A stretch of DNA of 37,496 nucleotides from a virus (IMGVR_UViG_3300050014_000171:1-37496), one strand, 5' to 3'. Counted from the first letter of the stretch, positions 7,962-18,776 are shown. The notes: a model not told the origin generated them from the sequence alone. Numbers and translations: made by a program.

Positions 7962-8360
7962 ATGGCTGCTACAGTTTTGGCCCCCACTTCTATTGCTAAA
8001 AGTGATATCGGAAAATCCCTTACCATGACGGCTGTTATAACCCCATCGAATAACGATACGATAGCACTCGGCGCTTATCCTGACCAGCGTGTGTTTATCG
8101 TCATTGCGAATTCGGACGCTTCCCACGATGCTACTGTTGTTTTCTCGGCCGGTGATGGTTTACTGTCGAGTTTAGGTTCAATCAGTGTGACCGTTCCTGC
8201 GACAAAGACTGTGTTTGTTCCGCTTGTAAACCTTGAAACCGCAAGGATTTTAAATACTCTTGGCGGCGGCGCGAACCTTGGGAAAATAATAGTCAATACC
8301 ACCATTGCAAGTGGCGGCACAATCGGTGACGTTACTTTCGGAATTGCTGAATTGGCATAA
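7962..8360 (+). CDS. probable capsid decoration or head protein
   Basis: Beta-rich 132 aa directly after the coat gene; SD AAGGAG; followed by terminator. Confidence 0.6.
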   Translation: MAATVLAPTSIAKSDIGKSLTMTAVITPSNNDTIALGAYPDQRVFIVIANSDASHDATVVFSAGDGLLSSLGSISVTVPATKTVFVPLVNLETARILNTLGGGANLGKIIVNTTIASGGTIGDVTFGIAELA

Positions 8361-8366
8361 ATAAAC

Positions 8367-8393
8367 GGGGCGGCTAACTCCGCCCCTCTCTTT
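8367..8393 (+). terminator. intrinsic terminator after the capsid genes
   Basis: GGGGCGG-CTAACT-CCGCCCC followed by TCTCTTT. Confidence 0.65.
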
Positions 8394-8404
8394 GAGGTAA
8401 TTAT

Positions 8405-8743
8405 ATGAAGTTTAAAACATACCCAAATTTTAATGTCTATAAAGGGGCAACCTTCATTGCAAGGTCTGATGAAAACGGAATATTTGAAGTTGACGACAAT
8501 GATATCAATCTGGACTACGTACAACTCTTGTACAGCGTTGTGGACAGCCCAGAACGGTCAGAGAGTGTAATTACACTACCAGAGCTTAAACCGAATACAG
8601 ACGTTGCTACAGACGTTAAAATAGATAATCCAAAGGAGAGTGTTAAGAATGGCAACAATGGTAAAGGACATAGCACTCGCAGCCCTAAAACAACTCGGAC
8701 GAATAAACAGTCAGGGACAAGTAGACGAAAATCGGCAAAGTAA
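8405..8743 (+). CDS. hypothetical protein
   Basis: SD GAGGT; basic low-complexity tail overlaps the next gene. Confidence 0.6.
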   Translation: MKFKTYPNFNVYKGATFIARSDENGIFEVDDNDINLDYVQLLYSVVDSPERSESVITLPELKPNTDVATDVKIDNPKESVKNGNNGKGHSTRSPKTTRTNKQSGTSRRKSAK

Positions 8744-9068
8744 ATATTTAGGACTTGCCCCTGCTTTCTGCAATATTTTGCAGCTTGAATTGCTCCAATA
8801 TGAAAATCATGATTTCACGCTGGACGTTACATTTCCACAACTCACGGCCTTGACTGACGATGTTTTAGTATCAGACTTGACCGCTCGGAATGTAATGCCT
8901 ATTGGTCTTGCGCGCGATTTCGCAAGAGTAGACGGAGATTCAAACCAGTTTAATATATTTGCGGCTCAGTACAGCAATGCGATTAATCTAATGTCTTTTG
9001 ACGCACCAGAGATAGAGGACACTTATAATATGTCTGGCGATTGGAATTTGATAGGTAATTCAAGATGA
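8649..9068 (+). CDS. probable head-tail adaptor
   Basis: SD AAGGAG before ATG 8649; MVKDIALAALKQLG N-terminal helix typical of adaptors; precedes the nozzle gene. Confidence 0.6.
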   Translation: MATMVKDIALAALKQLGRINSQGQVDENRQSKYLGLAPAFCNILQLELLQYENHDFTLDVTFPQLTALTDDVLVSDLTARNVMPIGLARDFARVDGDSNQFNIFAAQYSNAINLMSFDAPEIEDTYNMSGDWNLIGNSR

Positions 9069-11122
9069 GAAAAGTACCGCAGATGGGGACGGTTCAAGAT
9101 CAGACTTTATCCATAACCCCAAATTCAGGTTTAAATATTGCCAAACTTCCCAACGAGATTGACGATACTCAATTATCGGACGGTCTTAATTTGTATTACA
9201 AAAATTCAATGTTGCGGTTTAGGCCAGGTCTTATCAAACAGATCACTCAGACATATGGAAAAATAATTGATGTTTTTCCAAGGGACGAAGGTCAGTTACT
9301 TTTAAAACGAGATTTAAACACACGGGCAGAAACATACGGAATATTTATTTTAACCGAACAATACGCTCTTGTTTACGATGGAGTTTCGATATCGCAAGTA
9401 ATTACACAGGTACTTTGGGATGGACAACCCCACGGTAATGTTACTCCGGTATATGTAGCATCGGATTTTTCAACTTCAAGATTTATACCCGCACCGTTAA
9501 ATACAACAACCACATTTGTATCATCAATTGTTTATTTAATAGGAAACAACCAAATAAGTACTGTTGGATGGCAGGGTGATAATGGCGGAGTTGAGGGAAG
9601 TTATTGGAGTTATACTGGTTATTTGAGTATTCCAATAAGTAATATAATTGCATCTTCTTTGACATTTCAAAATCGGACTCCATATATTCCTACCATCTAT
9701 ATAAATATGAAATCTTCCGATTCTGGGGATAAAAACGGAGGTCGGAATTATCTAACACCGAAAGTTATAAACAGTATTACAACTGACGGAATGAGTACAG
9801 TTTATTACCTAATCGACCAAAATCTTGACAATGATGTAGTTTCAATATCGTACAATGCGCTTTCCGGTACAACTTACACATGTTCTTTTGTGGCAAACGT
9901 AACAAGTGCTACGATAAACGGAATAACTGTAACGCTTGGCAGAACAGCAGGAACACTCACTTTTAGTTCACATTTGGTAGCTGCAGCAACCACAGAAGCT
10001 ACAAATAATATGACTGTTCAATATGCCAAAACCGTTTATACCGCCCCGGTTCCTATTACTAAATGCACAATGTCGGCATGGTTTGGCGGCTCTTATCAAG
10101 GCGAAAATTCCGGTGATAGCCTGTTTGTTTCTGGCAACCCAGATGAACCCAATGCGGTTTATTGGTCGGCAGTCAATGACCCTACATACTGGCCTGATGA
10201 TAACGTTGATTATATCGGTTATCCCTCAGACCCCATAATCGCCTTTGGTAAAAACTTTAAGGTTCTTGTTATCTTCAAGAAAAACAGTGTCTATGAAAAA
10301 GGATTCGTTTGGGATTCGACAACATTAATGCAATATTTTCCAACATCTGAAATTCATGTCGGTATAGGATGCGACTGTCCAAACAGTATCCAGTTTATAA
10401 ATAATAACTTGACTTGGCTCAACAGTAAGGGCGGCGTTTATACAATAGCGACAACAAATATAACAAACGAACGTGTTGTTGTCCCATTGTCGTTTAATAT
10501 CAAGCCTGATTTGCTTTCAGAGAGTGTTTCAGACTTGCAATCGGCTGTTTCGGCCGATGATGGCTATTATTATTATCTCTTTATTGGCACTCATGTTTAT
10601 TTGTGGGATTACAATACAACGGCTTTTATCAATTACAGCGACTTAATTAAACTGCAAAACAGGCTTGCATGGTATAAATGGACACTTCCGCATGCTCTTA
10701 CAGTCGCATTTCTCTATAACAATCGGATATGGGGCGCGGGAAAAGACGATAATGCCCTCTATGCACTGGATGAAACGAAATGTCTTGATGAGGGTAGTGC
10801 ATGGTATGACGTGCATTTAATTTCAAAGGCTTATGACTTAAACGCTCCGAATATTTTAAAACAGTTTTATTACATATCGGTTTCTTTGACGTGCGTCGGT
10901 ACGGTGAATGCGGGGATCTCGATTATAGATGATTATGATTCTCAGGATATTGTTGAAACACTTGAGGGCGGCAACACAGAAACTTTAATAACATTTTCAT
11001 ACAGGCAGCCAACAGGATTTACAAGGTATTTCAAACTGGAAATTAAGCGGATTGAAACGGAAAACGGCGCATTTTCGATAAACGGATTTACAGCAATGGC
11101 AAAAATCGGGCGTGAGGTTTAG
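9065..11122 (+). CDS. tail nozzle/tubular protein (P22 gp10 or T7 gp12-like)
   Basis: GLN...LSDGLN start, LFVSGNPDEPNAVYWS...DPTYWP, LVIFKKNSVY and IGCDCPNSI beta-propeller-type motifs. Confidence 0.75.
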   Translation: MRKVPQMGTVQDQTLSITPNSGLNIAKLPNEIDDTQLSDGLNLYYKNSMLRFRPGLIKQITQTYGKIIDVFPRDEGQLLLKRDLNTRAETYGIFILTEQYALVYDGVSISQVITQVLWDGQPHGNVTPVYVASDFSTSRFIPAPLNTTTTFVSSIVYLIGNNQISTVGWQGDNGGVEGSYWSYTGYLSIPISNIIASSLTFQNRTPYIPTIYINMKSSDSGDKNGGRNYLTPKVINSITTDGMSTVYYLIDQNLDNDVVSISYNALSGTTYTCSFVANVTSATINGITVTLGRTAGTLTFSSHLVAAATTEATNNMTVQYAKTVYTAPVPITKCTMSAWFGGSYQGENSGDSLFVSGNPDEPNAVYWSAVNDPTYWPDDNVDYIGYPSDPIIAFGKNFKVLVIFKKNSVYEKGFVWDSTTLMQYFPTSEIHVGIGCDCPNSIQFINNNLTWLNSKGGVYTIATTNITNERVVVPLSFNIKPDLLSESVSDLQSAVSADDGYYYYLFIGTHVYLWDYNTTAFINYSDLIKLQNRLAWYKWTLPHALTVAFLYNNRIWGAGKDDNALYALDETKCLDEGSAWYDVHLISKAYDLNAPNILKQFYYISVSLTCVGTVNAGISIIDDYDSQDIVETLEGGNTETLITFSYRQPTGFTRYFKLEIKRIETENGAFSINGFTAMAKIGREV

Positions 11123-11133
11123 GAGGGTTCAAA

Positions 11134-12024
11134 GTGGCAGATTTAAGTTCTTTCATTCAGGCATTAACGCCACAGGCAAACACGATATACAATCCGCAGA
11201 TATCCTCAACTCAGCAGGATTACGGCACTCAGCTTTCTAATCTGGCGAATACATACAATACTACATTGGCGCAGAAACAACAGGCACTTACGGCTATTCC
11301 AGGACAATATCAGCCACAAAGAGAAGCGGCCTATCTCGCCAACGCAAAGGCCAATTCTGCGTTACCTGCACTGATGGCCAACACTGGATATGCCTCTAAT
11401 TCCGGGCTTGCCTACGACACCACGCAGGGCAATAACGCTACATGGCAGAAATCAGTCGATACGGCAAACACCGCTCAAAATACAGCAACGCAGAGTGCCA
11501 ACAATGACATTAATAATCTCGGAACTACTTACAGCAATAACAAGGGCACATTGGCAACTGATGAGGCTAAAGCGCTTGCTACAATTCAATCGAATGAGGC
11601 TGATTGGCTGAATACAAATGCAACGAGTGCGCTTAATACTGCAAATAGTGCGGCAGCCAAAGCTGCATCGAGTACAACTAAAGCACTTACCCCAAGTTCA
11701 CTGAATACTTACATTAATGGTTTGGCAAAACTTTACACAGTGAGTAACTATATTACACCCGCTATGGCTAAGCTTTATGGAGTTACACGAAGTGTAGACC
11801 CAACTACGGGAGCGGAAACTGGACGTATTAATGAGGTGGTAGACCCGATAGGTCTATGGAATGAAATTGATTCTCAAAATATATCCCCGGCAGACAAGGC
11901 GGCCATTGTCAACAAACTAAGTGGGCAAATTGGTTCCAAAAATGTTCTCAGTCCCAAAACTCGTGGCTTAACCGACCTTGTAACTGCATTGAATGAATAT
12001 CAGCAGGGATACAGTTTAACGTAA
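11134..12024 (+). CDS. probable internal virion/ejection protein
   Basis: Ala/Gln/Thr/Asn-rich helical protein after the nozzle; SD AGGAGG with GTG start. Confidence 0.55.
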   Translation: MADLSSFIQALTPQANTIYNPQISSTQQDYGTQLSNLANTYNTTLAQKQQALTAIPGQYQPQREAAYLANAKANSALPALMANTGYASNSGLAYDTTQGNNATWQKSVDTANTAQNTATQSANNDINNLGTTYSNNKGTLATDEAKALATIQSNEADWLNTNATSALNTANSAAAKAASSTTKALTPSSLNTYINGLAKLYTVSNYITPAMAKLYGVTRSVDPTTGAETGRINEVVDPIGLWNEIDSQNISPADKAAIVNKLSGQIGSKNVLSPKTRGLTDLVTALNEYQQGYSLT

Positions 12025-12039
12025 AGTGTGGTGAAATGA

Positions 12040-15000
12040 ATGGCAATTTTTACAGTGAATAATGTTCAGGCATTACATAATACAGGCTCTAAAACATCGT
12101 CTGGCGGTTTTAATGAGAATAATGTTCAAGTTCTGCACGGTATAAGTACCGGACAGATTAAGGTTCAGAAATTACCTTCATTGAATACTGCCGCAACAAA
12201 ACCGGTTTCAGCTACGCCAACAGTCAAACCCACAACGCCTGTTGTCAATAAAAATCAGCTTCCGGCGATGCCTACAGCTTTAGCGGCGTTGCCAAACAAT
12301 CTTATGTCTGCTACTCCTGCACAAATGGGCAAACAATTAACTGCAACAAAATTACCGACTTCAAAAGACAAAACTGGATTAATGATTGTGAATCCTTCTC
12401 AGGAACAGACGAATTATAAACAACTCTATGCCACAAATACGCCTATTGCCATGAAAGCGCAAGTGCAAAAGACAAATAACTATCTGGTAAATGAAGTGCC
12501 GAAAAATCCGATAGGTGCTGCGGTTCTCCAAATTCCGCACGACTTCGGAGTTGATACTATTCTCGCAAAAGCTACAGGGGATACAACCTACGAACAGGCG
12601 GTCGCAAATGCTCAAAAAGAACACCCAGTTGCTTCAACATTAGGAATGCTTGCCGGCTATGCTGTACCTGGTGCAGGAGTTGATGCGCTTATTACAAAAG
12701 CCGCAGCTCCGATTGTTGCCAAAATTGCCGTTAACACCGCAGGGAAGATATTGTCAAAAGCCACCATAAATGCTATTTCAAATGCAGCTCTCATGGGTGC
12801 AAGTGGTATATTGCAGGGACAATCCGGTGAGCAGGTAGCAAAAGACATGGCACTTAACGCCGCCGCCGGTGGAGTATTGGGAAGTATCGGCCCTGTCCTT
12901 AAGGTATTAAAGGACATAAAAGTTACAAGGGCAGTCGCTAAAATAGCAGAAGAAGCCGCAAAAGCTGAAAAGGTTGTTCCTGTTGAAAATTCAGGCATTT
13001 TAAAGAATGTTCCGAGAGTTGCGGAGGGGACAAGTAACCCCTCTGAATTAAATGAAGCAGCAAATTCCGTGGGTGCAAAATCAATAACCCCCGAAGGATT
13101 GCAGTCCATGCTTGCAGACAATGCGGAAAAAGGTAAAGGATTTAATTTTGACAACAATTTCAAAAATGTTGTCGGAAAAAGTGACAAATATTCAAATAAA
13201 GATGCACAAGCAATAATAGATCGTGCAAGTAATGAAGAGAATGTAAATAAAGCCAAAACGAATGATTTTGCAAAAGACACCGTCAACACGGTCAAAAACA
13301 TTGAAGATAGACAGGCTGTTACTATTAGAGCTGAAATGTCTGATAAGGAAATAGCCGAAAGTTTAAAAGGCAGAGATGCTCAAACGACCGATATTGAGGA
13401 CTTACTTAAAACATTAAAGGAACAACCTAAAACCCCGGAAAACGATAAATTAATATCAGACGGCGAAAATATTCTTGCTAAACTCGAAAAACGCATACCT
13501 GAAAAAATTGCTAATCTTGACCGGGAACAAAATATCGACGGTGTTATGACTACACCTCGCAAACTTCTCCTTGCTGCTCAAAATTTAAAGGGTGATACTC
13601 TGGCAACGGCACAAAATGCGACAGAATTTACAGGGAAACTCGGCGAAATTGGGGTAGAACGTCAAATTTTAGACCACACAACACCGAATTATTTACGTCA
13701 TGAATGGGAATCGCCTGATATTAACAGTGTTGATACAAAAAAGTTGGAAGAGAACCGATTGACAGCACTGGAAAACAAAAAAACCCTTAAAGTGAATGGC
13801 GGTTCGGGTATTAATATTAATAAAGAACGTGTTTACAAGAACTATATAACCGGAATGTTGAATGGCGAAACACCTAAAACACTTGATGTTGCTCGCCTTG
13901 TTTCAAAAACCGGTAATGATATGGCCCGTCGACTTTCCGTTCAAGGATTTTTGGACGATATTGTTAGAAACAATTATGCAACGGAAAGCGACAGAGTGTT
14001 TAAAGGATATACGGCTATAGGTCTATCAAAGGATGGTATAAAAATTCAACTTCCCAAAAGTTTTGCATCGGCATTAAGACCAATATGGGATGAGAATTAC
14101 GGCAAAGCATACGGAGGTAAAGTCTGGAACATTTTAACAAACAGATTAAAAATGATTAAACTTGGCTTTTCGGCCTTCCATTACAAGAATCTGTTTATTG
14201 CCGCCATGAATGATGGTGATATGAAGCCAGTAATTAATTTTATTAAAGCGTTGCCGCATGCTCAGGAGTATATGAGAAGTAACGACTTTCGAAGTTGGTC
14301 TTATGACATGATACATCAAGGAGGCATGACTTCCGCTGTTGAAAGCAATCTGGATACGGGCAGAGCATTAACACAATCAGAAACCAGACTTGGAACAGTA
14401 ATAAGTGCAGTCAGTAATATGCCCGGAATTAAACAAGCGGGCAAGTTCATGGATAAAAACAATGAAATATTGTTTGAGGATATGCAAAGCATTGTAAAGG
14501 TACTGGGATATAAAACGAAGGTTACAATTTGGCTTGCCAAACATCCTGGTGCGACACTGGAACAAATTAATGCCGCCAAATCAGGCATAGCAAAACACTT
14601 GAATGGTGTTTTCGGTGGCCTTAACTGGAAGTCACTAAGAGTTCCAAAACAAATACTTGGTGTTATGAGAATGGTAATGCTTGCTCCTGACTGGACATTC
14701 TCAAACATAAATGTTGCGTGGAATGCCCTAAAAATTGGTAACGTAGGAACAAATGCGGTTCAGGCAAGAATGTTCTTTGCAAGGAATTTCATATACGGCG
14801 TTGCTACCCTTGAGGCATTGAATTATGCGTTTACTGGGCACGGAACATGGATGAATCCCAAAGGACATGAATTAGAAGTAGAAATTTCTCCCGGAGTTTA
14901 CTTTACCCCACTTGATGGCTTTATGAAAGATGCCGCCACATTAACAGGCGATATTGTCAAAAACAGTACACTTGGGCCTACTCAATTTGCCGAAAGCAAA

Positions 15001-15690
15001 TTAAATCCACTTGCCTCGACTATATTGGGAATTGCCAAACAAACGAATTATTATGGTCAAAGTCTTATTGACAAGAACGGTAATCCATTAAAAACGATGG
15101 CGAATGAAGCGAGTTTTGCAGGTCAGCAATTAGCACCCGTTCCTTTTGGGGCAACAGGAATTTACAATTATCTTAAAGACCCAAATGCCAAAAAAACCCC
15201 TCTTGATGTTGGGCTTATCGGAACGGGTTTAGGCAGATATTCAAGTGACGCCCCCCCCAATCCCGCTGAACCACAAGCAGGAAATTGGTTGTATGACTTA
15301 ACTCCTCAAGGTAGACAAGAGGCAAGCGCACAGGCCGCAGTTACCTCATATAAACAGCAAAAAACAGCCAACTCAACAAGTATGAAATCCGATGTCGCAA
15401 AAGCGGTTAAAGCCGGACAAGCAGTAAACGCACAGGTGTTGGCAACCAAATACAAAATTCCCATTAAGACGGTAATGTCTGAAATCAAGACTGCGAGAAG
15501 CAATACAAAGGTTTCAGTCTACAGCAACGGAACACATTTTAATATCACAAGCGACACAACCAAATACCCTACTTTGTTGAAATCCTTTGCAAGTATAGCC
15601 AAAGCCGATCAGAAAAACGCATACAACAACTTGACCACTGCACAAAAGAGAACGCTTGATGCACAAATCAAAGCATTGACAGGGAGTTGA
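12040..15690 (+). CDS. large internal virion/DNA ejection protein
   Basis: 1216 aa, Ala/Gly-rich hydrophobic segments, LAPDWTFSN motif, position typical of podovirus ejection proteins. Confidence 0.6.
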   Translation: MAIFTVNNVQALHNTGSKTSSGGFNENNVQVLHGISTGQIKVQKLPSLNTAATKPVSATPTVKPTTPVVNKNQLPAMPTALAALPNNLMSATPAQMGKQLTATKLPTSKDKTGLMIVNPSQEQTNYKQLYATNTPIAMKAQVQKTNNYLVNEVPKNPIGAAVLQIPHDFGVDTILAKATGDTTYEQAVANAQKEHPVASTLGMLAGYAVPGAGVDALITKAAAPIVAKIAVNTAGKILSKATINAISNAALMGASGILQGQSGEQVAKDMALNAAAGGVLGSIGPVLKVLKDIKVTRAVAKIAEEAAKAEKVVPVENSGILKNVPRVAEGTSNPSELNEAANSVGAKSITPEGLQSMLADNAEKGKGFNFDNNFKNVVGKSDKYSNKDAQAIIDRASNEENVNKAKTNDFAKDTVNTVKNIEDRQAVTIRAEMSDKEIAESLKGRDAQTTDIEDLLKTLKEQPKTPENDKLISDGENILAKLEKRIPEKIANLDREQNIDGVMTTPRKLLLAAQNLKGDTLATAQNATEFTGKLGEIGVERQILDHTTPNYLRHEWESPDINSVDTKKLEENRLTALENKKTLKVNGGSGININKERVYKNYITGMLNGETPKTLDVARLVSKTGNDMARRLSVQGFLDDIVRNNYATESDRVFKGYTAIGLSKDGIKIQLPKSFASALRPIWDENYGKAYGGKVWNILTNRLKMIKLGFSAFHYKNLFIAAMNDGDMKPVINFIKALPHAQEYMRSNDFRSWSYDMIHQGGMTSAVESNLDTGRALTQSETRLGTVISAVSNMPGIKQAGKFMDKNNEILFEDMQSIVKVLGYKTKVTIWLAKHPGATLEQINAAKSGIAKHLNGVFGGLNWKSLRVPKQILGVMRMVMLAPDWTFSNINVAWNALKIGNVGTNAVQARMFFARNFIYGVATLEALNYAFTGHGTWMNPKGHELEVEISPGVYFTPLDGFMKDAATLTGDIVKNSTLGPTQFAESKLNPLASTILGIAKQTNYYGQSLIDKNGNPLKTMANEASFAGQQLAPVPFGATGIYNYLKDPNAKKTPLDVGLIGTGLGRYSSDAPPNPAEPQAGNWLYDLTPQGRQEASAQAAVTSYKQQKTANSTSMKSDVAKAVKAGQAVNAQVLATKYKIPIKTVMSEIKTARSNTKVSVYSNGTHFNITSDTTKYPTLLKSFASIAKADQKNAYNNLTTAQKRTLDAQIKALTGS

Positions 15691-15694
15691 TGGA

Positions 15695-16714
15695 ATGCCT
15701 GTTTTAAGAAATACAATAACCTTGGTTGTTTCGGGCAATACATTGATTCCCTCGTCAACCGATGCAGGAGTTCAAGGGGAAAATGGAGCTGTCAACCTCC
15801 ATGTTGCCATACCCTCCGATTGGCAGGACTTGACCGTTAAATTGAGGGTTATCAATCTCAATGGCGATTATGACGAAGCTAACCCAAGCGGAACTACAAT
15901 TGATTTGCCTTTACGGTATGGGATAACTTCTGCTGGTGGAAGATTGACAGTTTCCCTTATTGGAATAGATAGTTCAAGTGAAGTCAGGAAATCGGCTGAT
16001 TGCAGAACTTTAATTGTCACAAAAGCCGATGTCGCAAATGAAGCCATACCAGATGATTACAAAATCATATTTGAGCAAGGGCCACAAGGCGATACAGGAG
16101 AACAAGGGCCTCAAGGCCAACAGGGCATACAAGGAGTACCAGGGCCGCAGGGAATCCAAGGTGCAAAGGGAGATACCGGGGCAACTGGTTCACAGGGTAT
16201 TCAAGGTATTCAAGGGCCTAAAGGTGACACCGGCGCAGCTGGGACAAACGGCACGAATGGTACAAACGGGCAAGGAGTTCCAACGGGAGGAACGGCAGGA
16301 CAAGTTCTCGCAAAGATTGATAGTACAAACTATAACACGCAATGGTTAACATCTTTCATACCTCCCGGCACGTGGACATCGTATACTCCTTCTATTACAC
16401 CTGGTTCAGGAGCTATTACCACGGTAAGTGCTACAGGCAGATATTGCCAAATTGGTAAAATTATTTTTGTTGAAATGGTTATAACTATTACAACAAATGG
16501 GACTGGTGCAGGTTATATTCTCGCTTCTTTGCCGGTAACATCAGGGGCATCACAATATATAGTTTCGGGCAGAGAGAACGCTGTTTCGGGAAATATGCTT
16601 CAAGGATGGATTAACTCAAGCACTTCTTCCGTGTCTATTCGGACATACTCAAATACTTATCCCGGCAGTAACGGAGCATCAATAGTAATGACAGGAATGT
16701 ATGAATGCGCGTAA
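15695..16714 (+). CDS. collagen-like tail fibre
   Basis: N-terminal anchor domain (GVQGENGA), central Gly-X-Y run, C-terminal WTSYTPS...GRYCQIGK beta head. Confidence 0.8.
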   Translation: MPVLRNTITLVVSGNTLIPSSTDAGVQGENGAVNLHVAIPSDWQDLTVKLRVINLNGDYDEANPSGTTIDLPLRYGITSAGGRLTVSLIGIDSSSEVRKSADCRTLIVTKADVANEAIPDDYKIIFEQGPQGDTGEQGPQGQQGIQGVPGPQGIQGAKGDTGATGSQGIQGIQGPKGDTGAAGTNGTNGTNGQGVPTGGTAGQVLAKIDSTNYNTQWLTSFIPPGTWTSYTPSITPGSGAITTVSATGRYCQIGKIIFVEMVITITTNGTGAGYILASLPVTSGASQYIVSGRENAVSGNMLQGWINSSTSSVSIRTYSNTYPGSNGASIVMTGMYECA

Positions 16715-16726
16715 AGGGGTGTAAAT

Positions 16727-17686
16727 ATGCCATTATTACGGAAAACAATCAACATAAATGTATCTGGGAATAATCTTGTTGCGACGGATAGCGTTAGTGG
16801 GCTTGCGACAACCGACGCAGGAGTTGAGGGCGAGGATGGGGCAATAAGTTTCCATGTGATAGTGCCAGCGGATTGGCAGGATATCAGTACAAGGTTACAG
16901 ATTATTTCACTAAACGGTGGATACGATGAAAGTGGATTGGCGGTAGGCGGGATAATAGATATGCCTTTAAGGCAGGCATTGACTGAATCGGGAACATTGA
17001 CACTTCGCCTTGTCGGTTCAACTGCTTCGGGATTGCGGAAAAGTGCTGATTTGAAAACACTCCAAATCCAAAAAAGTGATGTTGAAACGGATTTGATAGA
17101 CCAGAATTATCCTTATCCCATTCACAATATTACAGGTTCGGGTGCGGCTCTCGTCACACAAACCGACAATGATACGTGGAATGTTGCTGTATCGGGTGCA
17201 GGCGGCGGCGATATGCTTGTTGCCAACTATGCAAATGGCGCAGGGGCGGCGAACACAAATAAGGTTGATAATTCCATACATGCTGTTAGTGCAGACAACG
17301 CCACAAATGCTTCCGCTGCCGCTCCCGGCTCAGCACTCGCAACTCAAATAGCGGCTATTACAACCTTACCCTCGTGGACGGCGCCTATACTCTTAAATTC
17401 ATGGGTAAATTATGGTGGCTCAAATGCTGCTGCCGGATATTACAAGGACTCGTTAAATCGTGCCCAGCTAAGAGGCTTCATTAAAAGTGGAACAGTAGGC
17501 GCAATAATATTTAACTTGTCTGCCGGATATAGACCATCGGTAAACATGAATTTTGGCGCATTAAGCAGTAACGGCAGTCTGATTTTAGCATATATTGAGG
17601 TTTACACAAGCGGTGATGTTGTATTGGTATCCGGTGGAAACACATATCTCTCTTTAGACGGAATTTCATTCAGAGCGCAACAATAA
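16727..17686 (+). CDS. second tail fibre/receptor-binding protein
   Basis: N-terminus paralogous to 15695-16714; C-terminal SWTAPILLNSWVNYG...LRGFIKSG...AGYRP fibre head. Confidence 0.75.
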   Translation: MPLLRKTININVSGNNLVATDSVSGLATTDAGVEGEDGAISFHVIVPADWQDISTRLQIISLNGGYDESGLAVGGIIDMPLRQALTESGTLTLRLVGSTASGLRKSADLKTLQIQKSDVETDLIDQNYPYPIHNITGSGAALVTQTDNDTWNVAVSGAGGGDMLVANYANGAGAANTNKVDNSIHAVSADNATNASAAAPGSALATQIAAITTLPSWTAPILLNSWVNYGGSNAAAGYYKDSLNRAQLRGFIKSGTVGAIIFNLSAGYRPSVNMNFGALSSNGSLILAYIEVYTSGDVVLVSGGNTYLSLDGISFRAQQ

Positions 17687-17704
17687 TTTTCAGGAGGTAA
17701 AATA

Positions 17705-18463
17705 ATGTCAATTACAATCAATGACGCGCATTTAATCTTTAATGGTGAACAACGCCACAGAGCAACAACCAGTGTTATAGTTATCCACCACACAGCCGAA
17801 ACAGTTCTTCAATCGGTGCAGGTTATCCACAATTACTATCTGAACCGTAAAGACCCGGACGGCTCGACATATATCGGAATTGCCTACAACTACTATGTCC
17901 GCAAGGACGGCTCAATCTGGAAGGGCCGCGAGGAATGGGCGATCGGCGGTCATGCCGGAGCTGTTGCGAATCCGATATCAATAGGCATATGTTTTGAGGG
18001 CAATTACGAAACTGAACCGACAATGCCTGACGCTCAGTTCAATGCCGGTGTCGCATTGATAAAAGACATATTTACACGTTATCCGGGTCTTGCAATAAAA
18101 AAGCATAAAGACTATATGAATACAGCCTGTCCAGGTGTAAACTTTCCCTTTGATAGGCTTGTCATTGGTGTTACAGCGCCTGTAGCAGCGCCTGTAGCAA
18201 CTCCAAAGCCAACTGCCTCAACATTCCCCGGTGCGCAGTATTTCGGGCCGGGCAAAGTGAATGATCACATTCTCGCACTTGATAGGGCTCTAATAGCAAA
18301 AGGCTATTCAAAATATTATGCGCTCGGCAAATTTGGAGCTTCCCGTTCGTGGGGTAATGGGACATTTAAAGCCTGCACAGCATTTCAGAAAGCGCAAGGT
18401 TGGTCAGGCTCAGACGCAAACGGCATACCCGGGCCGCAGACTTGGGCGAGGTTGGGGTTATAA
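17705..18463 (+). CDS. endolysin, Amidase_2 N-acetylmuramoyl-L-alanine amidase with C-terminal peptidoglycan-binding domain
   Basis: IVIHHT, GIAYNY, GGHA, SIGICFEG, KHKD...TACPG; C-terminal FQKAQG...GIPGPQTW. Confidence 0.92.
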   Translation: MSITINDAHLIFNGEQRHRATTSVIVIHHTAETVLQSVQVIHNYYLNRKDPDGSTYIGIAYNYYVRKDGSIWKGREEWAIGGHAGAVANPISIGICFEGNYETEPTMPDAQFNAGVALIKDIFTRYPGLAIKKHKDYMNTACPGVNFPFDRLVIGVTAPVAAPVATPKPTASTFPGAQYFGPGKVNDHILALDRALIAKGYSKYYALGKFGASRSWGNGTFKACTAFQKAQGWSGSDANGIPGPQTWARLGL

Positions 18464-18487
18464 ATTGGCAAAGGGCGTGAAAATGAT

Positions 18488-18763
18488 ATGGCGGAAACAG
18501 TCGCAACACTCGCCGTAAGGGTGGACAAACTTGAAAGAGATACCTCTGAACTATTTGGCAAAACCAACGACAATGCAATTGCTCAAGCAACAATTACTGA
18601 AAAATTAAGCAATATACTTGTCACGGTTGGAGAGATCAAGCAAGCGGTCAGCGAAATTCAAAAGGTTCCCGGTAAACGGTGGAATTCCGTTATCGAAAAC
18701 CTTATTTATGTTGCCATTTGTATAATTGCCGGTGCAATGGCCGGACACTTTATTAAATTTTAA
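18488..18763 (+). CDS. holin-like membrane protein (XhlA-like)
   Basis: Coiled-coil N-terminus, PGKRW motif and one C-terminal TM helix, after the endolysin. Confidence 0.6.
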   Translation: MAETVATLAVRVDKLERDTSELFGKTNDNAIAQATITEKLSNILVTVGEIKQAVSEIQKVPGKRWNSVIENLIYVAICIIAGAMAGHFIKF

Positions 18764-18776
18764 GGAGATATATATT

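Noticed and set aside
12657-13301. Long antisense ORFs (this one, 7520-8026, 8075-8524, 25367-25819, 31915-32427 and similar)
   Set aside because: Shadow frames opposite well-supported genes, with no recognisable motifs
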